DNA of 64,000 bases from a candidate division WOR-3 bacterium (GTDB lineage: Bacteria > Hydrothermota > Tepidihabitantia > Tepidihabitantales > Tepidihabitantaceae): the NCBI GenBank assembly GCA_965649225.1, contig CBFGJX010000003.1:64001-128000 (forward strand). The letters run 5' to 3'. The position numbers were made by a program, and so were the translations under genes. Shown one piece after another: positions 1 through 9,383 of the stretch; positions within the stretch are counted from its first letter, which is position 1, and each line of letters opens with the position of its first letter. The notes under the pieces were generated by a model. It was not told the origin of the DNA, did no database searches, and saw nothing but the letters and a program-made list of their open reading frames with translations.

Positions 1-1
1 C

Positions 2-82
2 ACGCCCTTTCGCATCAACAGCATGCTCAAAAGTGCCGATGAAATTGAAATCAGTGAAATCTACCACTTTTCACCACTCTGA
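2..82 (+). CDS. 3' end of a gene entering the window (partial, unidentified)
   Basis: Frame 2 is open from the edge (TPFRINSMLKSADEIEISEIYHFSPL*) and followed by an AT-rich intergenic stretch. Confidence 0.4.
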   Translation, partial: TPFRINSMLKSADEIEISEIYHFSPL

Positions 83-346
83 ACCACTCCGGCAGTCTAG
101 TCCGACTCCACTGAATGTCAAGTACTTGCGATTACTTATGATACTATTTTACAAGTGATTGAAAAAATTTATTTTAACAGGGACTCAGACCAGTGATGCC
201 TCCCGGCGCGGAACCGCTTCCTCCAAAGGCTCGCTGACTGTTCAGCCCGAGAAATCGCCGCAGGTGGTGCTGTCCCGCTCTCATTTTCTCTGCCAGTGGG
301 TTCAGTTCGGGTTGTCAGTCGGTCGTCTCTGTGCTAAGATTGAAAA

Positions 347-1591
347 TTGAGACAGCCATCTGAATCTGCCGACAGGTCAACAACGCGGCCCGCCACTTTT
401 GCCGCCTTTCGCCACCGCAACTATCGAATCTACTGGTTCGGCGCCCTGGTTTCGCTGATCGGCACCTGGATGCAGAATATCGCCTCGGGCTGGCTGGTAC
501 TACAACTCACCAACTCCCCGTTCTATGTCGGCCTCAATTCCACCGTTGCCTGGCTGCCGGCGTGGGTAGTCTCACTGCCGGCCGGTGTGCTTGCCGACCA
601 TTTCAACAAACGCAATCTGATGATTCTGACCCAGTCCGTCCTCGCCCTGCTGGCGCTGGTTCTTGCAAGCCTCACCTGGACCGGCGCGGTGACAATCGTC
701 CACATCCTCGTCATTGCCGGTATCAGCGGTGTTGTCGTCTCAATAAACTCCCCGGTTGTCCAATCGCTTGTACCGGAGCTTGTCGACCGGCGCGATGTTC
801 TCAATGCCATCGCGTTGAACTCAACCATGTTCAATGCCGCGCGCATCATCGGCCCGTCGATTGCCGGGGTCATGCTGGGTGTAATCGGACCGGGCGGCTG
901 CTTCGGACTCAACAGCGCCAGCTTCCTTGCAATCATCATTGCGCTTGCCTTCATCCGTCTCAAGAACAAGACACCGCCGCGAACCGAGGAATCGCTCTGG
1001 CGCCGGATGACCGCCGGCCTTACCGTTGTCCGCCGCAATCCCGACATTCGGCTGCTGGTTCTGCTGGTCGGCGTCTTCAGCTCGGTAGGCATCCTTTACC
1101 TGCCGCTGATGCCGGTTCTGGCCCGCGACGTTCTGCACGCCGGTGCCCGCGGCTACGGACTGATGATGACCGCCGTTGGCATTGGTGCGGTCATCGGCAG
1201 TCTTACTCTCGCCTCTTTCAGTCGCACCGCCCGCCGCGGAATGCTGCTGACAATCGGCACGGTTGCGCTGGGCGTACTGGAGCTGGCGATTTCGGCAGTG
1301 CGTTCGCTGCCGCTGGCGCTGATTGTGCTTGTACTGGTCGGCTTCTGCCAGACCTCAATCGCCTCACTGGCCAACACGCTGATCCAAACTCTCGCCCCTG
1401 ACGCTGCCCGCGGCCGGGTCATGAGTGTCTACACTCTGGCATTCAACGGCATGTTCCCGCTCGGCAGCCTCGCCGCTGGCGCTGTCGCCCAGAAAGCCGG
1501 TGCACCCGCCGCAGTACTCATCGGCGGATGCACCGTACTGCTGTCCATCGGACTGGTGACGTTGCTGCGTCCCCAGCTCCGGCGGCTTTAA
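347..1591 (+). CDS. MFS transporter (MFS_3/EntS-like)
   Basis: About 12 hydrophobic segments; FAAFRHRNYRIYW..GTWMQ and GVLADHFNKR (MFS motif A-like). Confidence 0.9.
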   Translation: MRQPSESADRSTTRPATFAAFRHRNYRIYWFGALVSLIGTWMQNIASGWLVLQLTNSPFYVGLNSTVAWLPAWVVSLPAGVLADHFNKRNLMILTQSVLALLALVLASLTWTGAVTIVHILVIAGISGVVVSINSPVVQSLVPELVDRRDVLNAIALNSTMFNAARIIGPSIAGVMLGVIGPGGCFGLNSASFLAIIIALAFIRLKNKTPPRTEESLWRRMTAGLTVVRRNPDIRLLVLLVGVFSSVGILYLPLMPVLARDVLHAGARGYGLMMTAVGIGAVIGSLTLASFSRTARRGMLLTIGTVALGVLELAISAVRSLPLALIVLVLVGFCQTSIASLANTLIQTLAPDAARGRVMSVYTLAFNGMFPLGSLAAGAVAQKAGAPAAVLIGGCTVLLSIGLVTLLRPQLRRL

Positions 1592-2352
1592 TTCAAACCA
1601 ACAATCTGATAACCGTGCCAGCGGCCTTCAGCCCCGTCGGTCGAGCCGTCGGCATCCTCTGCTACCCACAACATGCCGTTACACCACGAAAGCGACAGCG
1701 GGAAACCTTTCACCGGCAACCTCACCGTCGCCACATAGCCGCCATTGTGTGTCAGGATATCAACAGCAGTTTCATCCTGCCAGACAAACAGATACTTGTC
1801 CGAAGCCGCTATCGAAGTGGAATACAGTGCGTCGTCGCAGTAGCGTTCTAGCCGGAATGCCTTTCGCAACTCGCCCATCTCGTCATAGACGTAAACCATG
1901 CTGTCAACCTGCTCAAACATCCGCTGGCCCTTGAGGGCAAAACCGATTGACGACTGCTCGTTCTGAAAAACCTCTTCCAGCTCTTCGTCGGCATCCTCGT
2001 CTTCAAGGTTCACGTCGTAAAGCGTCGTACTGAAATCCTTGACGTAAAGTCGCATCAGGTCTGGACGGTACCAGATTGTCCGTCCATCAAGGTCAACATC
2101 GTAGCTCTCAACCAGCTCCCCGTCATTGGTGTATTTGTTTATCTGACAGTAATCGTCATTACCGCCGTTAAGCGTATAGTAGTTGGTACCGTCGAAAGTT
2201 ATGCCGACATTGTGGAAAAAGACGAAATCAGCAAAGTCTATCCGCTCCACCAGCTCAATCCGACTGGGTTTTCGCGGCCCGCAGGTCGCGCGCACAAACA
2301 CCACCAGAGCCAGACCGGTCAGGACCAGTGTTACTGCCTGTCTTTTATTCAA
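1588..2352 (-). CDS. Exported, acidic protein, probably beta-propeller, unknown function
   Basis: N-terminal hydrophobic anchor; GITFDGTNYY and LSLSWCNGMLWVA blade-like motifs; GAGGAGG RBS before TTG. Confidence 0.7.
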   Translation of the reverse strand: MNKRQAVTLVLTGLALVVFVRATCGPRKPSRIELVERIDFADFVFFHNVGITFDGTNYYTLNGGNDDYCQINKYTNDGELVESYDVDLDGRTIWYRPDLMRLYVKDFSTTLYDVNLEDEDADEELEEVFQNEQSSIGFALKGQRMFEQVDSMVYVYDEMGELRKAFRLERYCDDALYSTSIAASDKYLFVWQDETAVDILTHNGGYVATVRLPVKGFPLSLSWCNGMLWVAEDADGSTDGAEGRWHGYQIVGLN

Positions 2353-2448
2353 TCAGACCTCCTCATGTTTTCGCGATTACCGTTTCTGACCTCGGCCAGG
2401 TCGGTTTCCTGCCGGCCGGTCAAGGACTTATCTGTTTTGCCGGTCGGT

Positions 2449-2471
2449 TACCGGACGGTTTCCCCCGCGGC
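2449..2471. repeat. 23-bp exact intergenic repeat, copy 1 (TACCGGACGGTTTCCCCCGCGGC)
   Basis: Identical to 37006-37028. Confidence 0.85.
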
Positions 2472-2614
2472 CGCTTCAACTCCCGGCAGTACCGCCATTG
2501 CTGCCCGAACTAGCGGCCGCCAGTGGCCTTGCCGGGCCAACCAGGCAAATCTGACTGACCACTGACCCGTTCTTCCGACGTTGACCACACACAATCGGAG
2601 GAGTCACACTGCAA

Positions 2615-3265
2615 CTACCGAAACTGCCGCACGATGCGCCGGGCCCGCTCCAGTTGTTCACGATAGCCTTCGCCTCCGAGTGCACCCGCGGCATCCTCGT
2701 CGATTCCGCGTTCTGATTCTGCCAGTCGTGCCACCGCTTCCAGCCCCCGCCGTTCCCCAATCTGACGAAGGGCAAAAACCGCACTGCGCCGAACCGCCGG
2801 CTCCGAGTCTGAAAGCAGCCGAATCAGGACGTCAACCGCATTGGCAGAGCCAATGCGACCGAGCGCACTGGCGGCACCAGCCCGTACCTCCGGACGGCCA
2901 GAACGCAACAGCCTGACCAGCGGCTCTACCGCCGCCGTGCCCAGAGCCACAAGTGACTTCTGAACCACTTTGGCGGTCTTCTCGTCACTTTCGCTGCCAT
3001 AGAGCTCGGCCAGCGGCCCGGCTGCGCGCTCATCACCCAGCAAGCCCAGTCCCCGCGCCGCCGCCGACCTCACCTCGGCAACACTGTCCCGCAGCAGTCC
3101 CAGTATCAGCGGCAGGGCAACCGTGTCTCGCTCGCTGACGAGTCGATCAATTGCCGCAATTCTCTGTCTGGGATCGGGATGATTCAGCTGCTTGCGTAAA
3201 CGGGCGAGGTCGGGTCCGCAGAACAGCAGCAGCAACAGACTGCCGGTAGTCAGGATTCTACCCAC
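2615..3265 (-). CDS. HEAT/PBS-lyase repeat (lipo)protein
   Basis: Repeated LLxDxxxxVRxxAAxALGxIG units; signal peptide ending LLLLFC. Confidence 0.85.
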   Translation of the reverse strand: MGRILTTGSLLLLLFCGPDLARLRKQLNHPDPRQRIAAIDRLVSERDTVALPLILGLLRDSVAEVRSAAARGLGLLGDERAAGPLAELYGSESDEKTAKVVQKSLVALGTAAVEPLVRLLRSGRPEVRAGAASALGRIGSANAVDVLIRLLSDSEPAVRRSAVFALRQIGERRGLEAVARLAESERGIDEDAAGALGGEGYREQLERARRIVRQFR

Positions 3266-3273
3266 GCTTCAGT

Positions 3274-3352
3274 ATTCTAACCGGTTTCGGCCGCTGGTCA
3301 AAGCCGGCGGTTCGCTGCGACGGCTTGACCCCGGTTGCTCACCGTCTATGCT
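3274..3352. promoter_or_regulatory. Divergent sigma70-like promoters, both near-leaderless
   Basis: Minus: TTGACC-16-TAGAAT-8nt-GTG(3265). Plus: TTGACC(3325)-16-TATGCT-8nt-GTG(3361). Confidence 0.6.
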
Positions 3353-3360
3353 GACCCGTC

Positions 3361-4503
3361 GTGTTCAATGTCATCGTCACCGGCATCGCCAGCCTGCTTA
3401 CCGACCTCTCGACCGAGATGGTCTATCCGCTTGTACCACTCTTCCTTGCCAGCTTTGGTGCACCACCGTCAATTCTCGGCATCATCGAAGGCACCGCCGA
3501 AAGCACCGCCGCCCTGCTGCGGGTATTCTCAGGCCGGCTTTCGGACCGCCTGCGCCGCCGCAAACCGGTCCTGATTGCCGGCTACGTTGGCTCGACCCTC
3601 GGCAAATTGATGTTGTATCTGGCAACATCCTGGCCGGTTGTTTTCGCCGGCCGACTGACCGACCGCATCGGCAAGGGCATCCGGGTAGCGCCGCGCGATG
3701 CGCTGCTCGCTGACAGCTCGGCCCCGAATCAGCGCAACGCTACCTACGGTCTGCACCGCACCCTCGACACACTGGGCGCGGCCGCAGGTGTGGTGGTGGC
3801 AATCTGGCTCGTTTCGCGCCTCGGCGGAACACTCCAGCGCCATGACTACCAGCGACTTTTTCTGTTCTCGCTGCTACCGGCTGCGCTGGGTGCAGCGGTA
3901 CTTCTGCTCGTACGCGAACCGCGCCCCAGTCGCCGAGAAGAATCCGCTCCCCGCCTGACGCTGCGCGCTCTGCCCGTCCGTCTGCGCTGGTTTCTGCTTA
4001 TCGCCGGAATCTTTGCCCTCGGCAACTCCTCGAACCAGTTCCTCATCCTGCGCGCCCGCAACCTCGGACTCTCGGTGACAGCGGTACTCGGCACCTACCT
4101 GCTTTACAACGTCGTCTACGGCACACTGGCCTGGCCGCTGGGCAAACTGGCCGACCGGATCGGTCGCAAGCGCCTGCTGGTTACCGGCTACATCCTCTAC
4201 GGTCTGGTCTATCTGGGTTTTGCCCTCGCCCGAAGCGGCTGGGCTGTCTGGCCACTCTTCGGTATCTATGGTATTTACAGCGCACTCACCGAAGGCCTGG
4301 AAAAGGCCCTGGTCGCCGATCTGGCACCAGTTGAGCACCGTGCAACTTTCATCGGGCTCCACACCACTCTTGTCGGCATCGGTCTGCTGCCCGCCTCCGT
4401 TCTCGCCGGCTTGCTCTACAGTCTCGGCGGGCCCAGTCTGCCCTTCCTGTTCGGCGGCGCGCTTGGGCTTGTGGCGGCAATCGCACTGACGCTGGCACTC
4501 TGA
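3361..4503 (+). CDS. MFS transporter
   Basis: SLLTDLSTEMVYPLVP, GRLSDRLRRRK, DRIGKGIRVAPRDALLA, GKLADRIGRK. Confidence 0.9.
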   Translation: MFNVIVTGIASLLTDLSTEMVYPLVPLFLASFGAPPSILGIIEGTAESTAALLRVFSGRLSDRLRRRKPVLIAGYVGSTLGKLMLYLATSWPVVFAGRLTDRIGKGIRVAPRDALLADSSAPNQRNATYGLHRTLDTLGAAAGVVVAIWLVSRLGGTLQRHDYQRLFLFSLLPAALGAAVLLLVREPRPSRREESAPRLTLRALPVRLRWFLLIAGIFALGNSSNQFLILRARNLGLSVTAVLGTYLLYNVVYGTLAWPLGKLADRIGRKRLLVTGYILYGLVYLGFALARSGWAVWPLFGIYGIYSALTEGLEKALVADLAPVEHRATFIGLHTTLVGIGLLPASVLAGLLYSLGGPSLPFLFGGALGLVAAIALTLAL

Positions 4504-4512
4504 CCCTGCCCC

Positions 4513-4540
4513 TTGACATCCCGTCCCTGCCGCCGATAAT
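4513..4540 (+). promoter_or_regulatory. sigma70-like promoter of the ktr/trk operon
   Basis: TTGACA-16-GATAAT. Confidence 0.5.
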
Positions 4541-4680
4541 GTTAGTGATGCCACCCCTGAGCCGGCTGGCCGTCTGACCCCGCCAAAACAACATGCGCAT
4601 TTAGCGCTGGTTATGACCTTGCCTAATTCCTTTGTTTCAATCGGCATTCTGTCAATCAGGACTGACTCCTCTTCACTCTG

Positions 4681-6423
4681 ATGCTGCTGTTTCGTCGATT
4701 CCGCATCCTTCGCACCGAGAAAGAGCTGCCGGCCTGGATCGACCATCTGAACCGCCTGACGCTGTGGCTCACAGCGCTGGCACTGGCACTGTTCGTCTGC
4801 CACCACGGCTACCGACTGATCTGGCATGGCTGGCTCCAATCGCTGGTCACACTGGTAAATGCTCTCGCACTCGGGCTCAACCTTGCCGATATCCTGTTGA
4901 ACCTGACCTGGGCCCCATCGCTTGGTCTGTTCTTACGCCGCCGCTGGTATGAAATCCTGTTCCTTGGGCTGATTGTTTTCTCATTCCTGGTCGGCCTGCC
5001 CGCCACCCTGCCGGCATTCCTGCGTCTGGTGATTGTCTCCTATCGCCGATTCAGCTCCTCAAACCGTTTCACCGGCGTCAGTGAATACCTCCGGGTACGA
5101 CCGGCCCGCACGCTGGCTTTGAGTTTCGCCGTCCTGATTGCGCTGGGAACCTTTTTGTTGACATTTCCAGCGGCAACAGTCGACGGTCGCGGCACACCGC
5201 TGCTGGATTCACTCTTCACTGCCACTTCCGCCGTCTGCGTCACCGGTCTCGTCGTTCGCGATACCGCGACCTACTTTTCCCGCTTCGGCCAATGGACAAT
5301 ACTGACTCTGCTCCAGCTGGGCGGACTGGGAATCATGACCTTCTCTGCCAGTATCATCGTGCTACTGCGCCGCCGGCTTGGCCCGGGCGAACGCAGCGCG
5401 CTTGCCGTCGGAGTCGAAGACCCGCGCGACATCGACATTACTGCTGCGGTGCGCTATGTCCTGCTGTTCACCCTGCTCGCCGAAGCGACCGGCACACTGA
5501 TCCTCTTTCTGCGCTGGGCCGGCAGTTTCTCCGGACCGCTGGAAGGACTGTTTCACGCTGTCTTTCACTCGATCTCGGCGTTCTGCAACGCCGGGTTCTC
5601 TACGTTTTCGGACAGCCTTGTCCGCTGGCAGGGCGATCTGATCGTCAATCTGGCAATCGGCGGACTTGTCGTCTTTGGCGGGCTCGGCTTCGGAGTAGTC
5701 CATGAACTGGTCAACCGGGAGATGCTGCATCGCCGTCCGACCCGGCTGCTGACTCACGTCTCCACCCACACCTGGCTGGTGCTGCGGACATCAGCCCTGC
5801 TGATAATTTTCGGCTCGCTGGCTTTCTTCTTCTTTGAATACGACGGTGTGCTCGTCAACCTGCCGCTGCGCAATCGGCTGCTTGCCGCACTGTTTCAGGC
5901 AATCACCCCGCGCACAGCCGGCTTCAACACTGTTCCGCTCGACACACTCCGGCCGGTCACCATGCTGCTGCTGGTCGGGCTGATGTTTGTTGGTGCCTCG
6001 CCCGGTGGTACCGGCGGCGGAATCAAAACCACCACTCTGGCTGTACTCTGGCTTGCACTGCGCAATCTTGCCGCTGGACGCACCGAGGTGGTAATCCGCG
6101 ATCGCACCATCGGTCGCGAAACGGTATATCGAGCCGCTGCAATCCTTGTGGCCGGGCTCGGACTCGTCACCTTCTTTCTCGCTATTCTGCTCGCTACCGA
6201 ACGTCTTCCCTTTTCGAATCTGCTCTTTGAGACGGTGTCGGCATTTGGCACGGTCGGGCTCTCCACCGGCATTACCCCTGCCTTGAGCCTGCCCGGTCGC
6301 CTCGCTATCATCGTACTGATGTACGTTGGTCGCCTGGGGCCGCTGACACTGGCCCTGACCATGACCGCCCGCCACGCCCGGCTGCCGATTTCATACCCCT
6401 CTGCCCGGGTGCTGGTCGGCTAA
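4681..6423 (+). CDS. ktrB: TrkH/KtrB K+ uptake membrane subunit with an extra N-terminal TM domain
   Basis: Four pore loops (SAVCVTGL, SAFCNAGF, PRTAGF, SAFGTVGLS); GASPGGTGGGIKTTT; MYVGRLGPLT. Confidence 0.92.
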   Translation: MLLFRRFRILRTEKELPAWIDHLNRLTLWLTALALALFVCHHGYRLIWHGWLQSLVTLVNALALGLNLADILLNLTWAPSLGLFLRRRWYEILFLGLIVFSFLVGLPATLPAFLRLVIVSYRRFSSSNRFTGVSEYLRVRPARTLALSFAVLIALGTFLLTFPAATVDGRGTPLLDSLFTATSAVCVTGLVVRDTATYFSRFGQWTILTLLQLGGLGIMTFSASIIVLLRRRLGPGERSALAVGVEDPRDIDITAAVRYVLLFTLLAEATGTLILFLRWAGSFSGPLEGLFHAVFHSISAFCNAGFSTFSDSLVRWQGDLIVNLAIGGLVVFGGLGFGVVHELVNREMLHRRPTRLLTHVSTHTWLVLRTSALLIIFGSLAFFFFEYDGVLVNLPLRNRLLAALFQAITPRTAGFNTVPLDTLRPVTMLLLVGLMFVGASPGGTGGGIKTTTLAVLWLALRNLAAGRTEVVIRDRTIGRETVYRAAAILVAGLGLVTFFLAILLATERLPFSNLLFETVSAFGTVGLSTGITPALSLPGRLAIIVLMYVGRLGPLTLALTMTARHARLPISYPSARVLVG

Positions 6424-6434
6424 CAGGAGGAACT

Positions 6435-7124
6435 TTGAAACAGTTTGCCGTCATCGGACTCGGCACTTTCGGTGCCCGGGTTGCCCGCTCACTTACCGAA
6501 CGCGGTGCCGAAGTGCTGGCAATTGACAAAGACCAGGATCGAGTCAATGCCCTCGAAGGCGAAGTCACTCGGACACTTCGCCTTGATGCTACCAACGAAG
6601 AAGCCCTCGCCACTTCCGGCGTTCTGGATGTCGACGCCGTCGTCGTCGCGATGGGCGAGCACATGGAAAGCGCAATTCTCACAACCGCGATTCTGAGACG
6701 ACTCGGCGCCGGTCACATTGTCGCCCGTGCCGCATCCGAACTCTACGCCCAGATACTGCGTGACGTCGGCGCTGACCGCACGGTACTGATTGAAGAACAG
6801 ATGGCCGACCAGGTCGCCAAAACGCTCATCGCCCCGAATCTGCTCGACCAGATCACGCTGGCCAGCGGCCACAGCCTGGCCGAAATGAAACCGCGCCGCG
6901 ACATGATCGGCCGCCGGCTCGGCGAACTCGATATCCGCCGCCGCTGGCGGGTGAACATTATCGCGGTCAAGAAACGGGTTCCGGTCATCAACGAAGAAGG
7001 CGAAACCGTCTTCGAAGAACGCATCAACGACATCCCTGGCCCGGAAGACCGCATCGAGGCCGATGATGTACTCGTACTCGTCGGCCCGGACGAGGACATC
7101 GAGAAGCTAACCAGCAGCCGCTAG
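6435..7124 (+). CDS. ktrA: KtrA/TrkA RCK regulatory subunit
   Basis: FAVIGLGTFG Rossmann motif plus TrkA_C domain; AGGAGG RBS. Confidence 0.92.
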   Translation: MKQFAVIGLGTFGARVARSLTERGAEVLAIDKDQDRVNALEGEVTRTLRLDATNEEALATSGVLDVDAVVVAMGEHMESAILTTAILRRLGAGHIVARAASELYAQILRDVGADRTVLIEEQMADQVAKTLIAPNLLDQITLASGHSLAEMKPRRDMIGRRLGELDIRRRWRVNIIAVKKRVPVINEEGETVFEERINDIPGPEDRIEADDVLVLVGPDEDIEKLTSSR

Positions 7125-7125
7125 C

Positions 7126-8499
7126 ATGCCCCACCGTAATCACAGTCATCGTCCGCGCGGGCCGCGCACGATTGCCGGCCGCATCACGCTGGGCATGCTG
7201 GCCGCAACCCTGCTCGTCAGTCCGGTAGTAGTGTTGTCACTGTTCTACAGCGGGCTGATGAACCGCGCCATCCAGCGCACCGTCGACGTCGACATCGAGC
7301 TGATGCGCACCGCCGACCGGATTACCGTCAGCTTCCTCACCGCCCGGCGGCACGAGAAGAACTACACCATCTTCGGTGACTCATCGTACCTGACTGGCGG
7401 GCGCGAAGCACTTGACCATGTCGCCGCCCTCTGTCGTCGTGGCCGCCGGCTTGACCCCGCCCTGGCACTGCACTTCGATTCTATCGTCGCCGACATCGGC
7501 ATTTACCGCGCGCTGCTTGACACCCTTGCCCAGCTGCCGCCCCAGACACTGAGCAGTCCGGCAAGGCTAGAAGACTGGAACCGGATCCGTGCCCGGCATC
7601 AGCTGCTGCTTGATCTCGCCTTTGCCGCGGAGGAACCGGCTGTGCGCGAATCACTCGCGGCAGAAGCTGCCGCAGTCGCCAGCGAAATCGAACTGCCCCT
7701 GCGGGGCGGCATTGCCGGCCGACTGCTGGCGGCACGGATGCGTTCCGTCGAAGAATCTATCATCCGTCGCACCGACACGATCGCCCGCATCGCGACGGCT
7801 CGGGTCAACTCAAGCCGGAGCCGGGTCCGCCAGCTCAACGCCTGGGCCCAGCGCAACATCATTCTGGTCCTGGCGCTTTCGACAATCGTTCTGGTCTGGC
7901 TGATCGCCACCACCCCGCGCCGGATACTTCTGCCGCTGAAACGAATCGGCAACGCGCTCGCCCGTGCCGAAGAAGGTGACCTCGACATCCACGTAACCAT
8001 CCGTTCCGGCGATGAACTGGAAACGCTGGGGCGTCAGCTCAACCGGGTACTTGCCCGGCTGCGCGAGTTTGACGAACGCAAGACCAATCGCATTCTCTTG
8101 CTGGAAAGACGGTTTCGCCTGCTGGCTGCGAGCATCGCCGAAGGGGTACTGGTCGTAGACCGCACGCCCAACATTGTCTTCGCCAACGCCGCACTCGAGC
8201 CCCTGCTCGGCGTCCGTCCCGCCGATGCGGTTGGCCGGTCGCTGGCCGATTTCCCGAACCTGCAGTTCCTGCGCGAGCCGCTGGAAAACACCCTGGCCGG
8301 TGCCGTCGGTCGTCAGGAATGCGAAATCGTACCCGAGCTGCCCGGCTCGGCGCTCTGCATCGAAGCGCTGCGCGACAACACCGGTTCGGTGGTCGGAGCG
8401 CTGGTCATTGTCATCAACCCGATGCAACCGTTGTCCGGCGATACTGCCGAACCGACTGCTGCCCCTCCCGAACAACCCCAATCGTCCACCGCCGGCTGA
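7126..8499 (+). CDS. Membrane sensor (TM-periplasmic-TM-HAMP-PAS) with no kinase or output domain
   Basis: HAMP (PLKRIG..GDLDIHV..SGDELETLGRQLN) then PAS (SIAEGVLVVD..FANAA); ends in a Pro/Gln tail. Confidence 0.8.
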   Translation: MPHRNHSHRPRGPRTIAGRITLGMLAATLLVSPVVVLSLFYSGLMNRAIQRTVDVDIELMRTADRITVSFLTARRHEKNYTIFGDSSYLTGGREALDHVAALCRRGRRLDPALALHFDSIVADIGIYRALLDTLAQLPPQTLSSPARLEDWNRIRARHQLLLDLAFAAEEPAVRESLAAEAAAVASEIELPLRGGIAGRLLAARMRSVEESIIRRTDTIARIATARVNSSRSRVRQLNAWAQRNIILVLALSTIVLVWLIATTPRRILLPLKRIGNALARAEEGDLDIHVTIRSGDELETLGRQLNRVLARLREFDERKTNRILLLERRFRLLAASIAEGVLVVDRTPNIVFANAALEPLLGVRPADAVGRSLADFPNLQFLREPLENTLAGAVGRQECEIVPELPGSALCIEALRDNTGSVVGALVIVINPMQPLSGDTAEPTAAPPEQPQSSTAG

Positions 8500-8519
8500 C
8501 GCCGCGGTGAATGACCTGG

Positions 8520-9383
8520 CTACCCGTCGCGACGGATGTGTACCACCCGCTGCGGCAGCGGAATTTCGAGTCCTTCGCGTTCAAGAGCCGCCTTCAGTCG
8601 CAGCCGCAGTTCGCGCTCGGCTTCCCAATGCCGCAGCGGCAGAACCTTGACCACGACCCTGATCCGGACGCCGGACTCACCGAGCTCGAGCAGACCCTGA
8701 ACCTCAGGTGGTTCCAGGCAGATTTCCCGGCGCTCGGCATACCAGGCGTCGGCAACTTCACGCGCCAGTCTCAACCCCCGTTCGGAATCCTGCCCGTAGG
8801 CCAGGTCCACTGTCACCAGCGCCCGCATGAAATCGCGGTTGCGGTTACCAAATCGAGTCAGCTCGCCGTTGGGGACAACGAACAACGTACCATCCCAGGC
8901 TCTGATCCGCGTCGTTCGCAAGCCGACCGCCTCAACCATTCCGCTGATATCACCGACCGTTATCCAGTCGCCAACACTGACAAGGTCTTCGAGCAGCAGA
9001 AAAAAGCCCGAGATGAAATCACGTACCAGGGTCTGGGCCCCGAACCCAACTGCCAGCCCGACGACACCCGCCCCGGCAAGTATCGCCGTATAGTCAATTC
9101 CCAGTGTCCGCAATACCAGCACCAGTGCCAGAAACGCAATCACATAACCGACGATGCTGTTGAGCAACGTCATCAACGTGCGGGCTCGACGTTCATGGGC
9201 CCGGCGCAACAGCCGACGGATGACCGCAGCGGCAATGACATAGAGCAGCAACGCCGCAACGACAATGACGACAACCCCGATCGCGCGCATGATGTGGCCC
9301 GCCAGTCGCTCGGGGGACACAAGCCTGTCGGCCAGTCGTCGACTCAGTTCACGCCAAAGCACCTCACACCACCTCAACAACAC
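8520..9383 (-). CDS. mscS: MscS-family mechanosensitive channel
   Basis: GAGVVGLAVGFGAQTLVRDFISG, VGDWI, GLRTTRIR, VPNG. Confidence 0.92.
   Translation of the reverse strand: MLLRWCEVLWRELSRRLADRLVSPERLAGHIMRAIGVVVIVVAALLLYVIAAAVIRRLLRRAHERRARTLMTLLNSIVGYVIAFLALVLVLRTLGIDYTAILAGAGVVGLAVGFGAQTLVRDFISGFFLLLEDLVSVGDWITVGDISGMVEAVGLRTTRIRAWDGTLFVVPNGELTRFGNRNRDFMRALVTVDLAYGQDSERGLRLAREVADAWYAERREICLEPPEVQGLLELGESGVRIRVVVKVLPLRHWEAERELRLRLKAALEREGLEIPLPQRVVHIRRDG

Noticed and set aside
115..180. AT-rich patch with CAAGTACTTG palindrome and TTATG, suggesting a dif-like site
   Set aside because: Poor match to the XerD arm TTATGTTAAAT and wrong arm spacing
4541..4680. Possible c-di-AMP (ydaO) riboswitch ahead of ktrB
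   Set aside because: No GCTGAA / GGAGGAACC / CAGCTAAC core motifs seen
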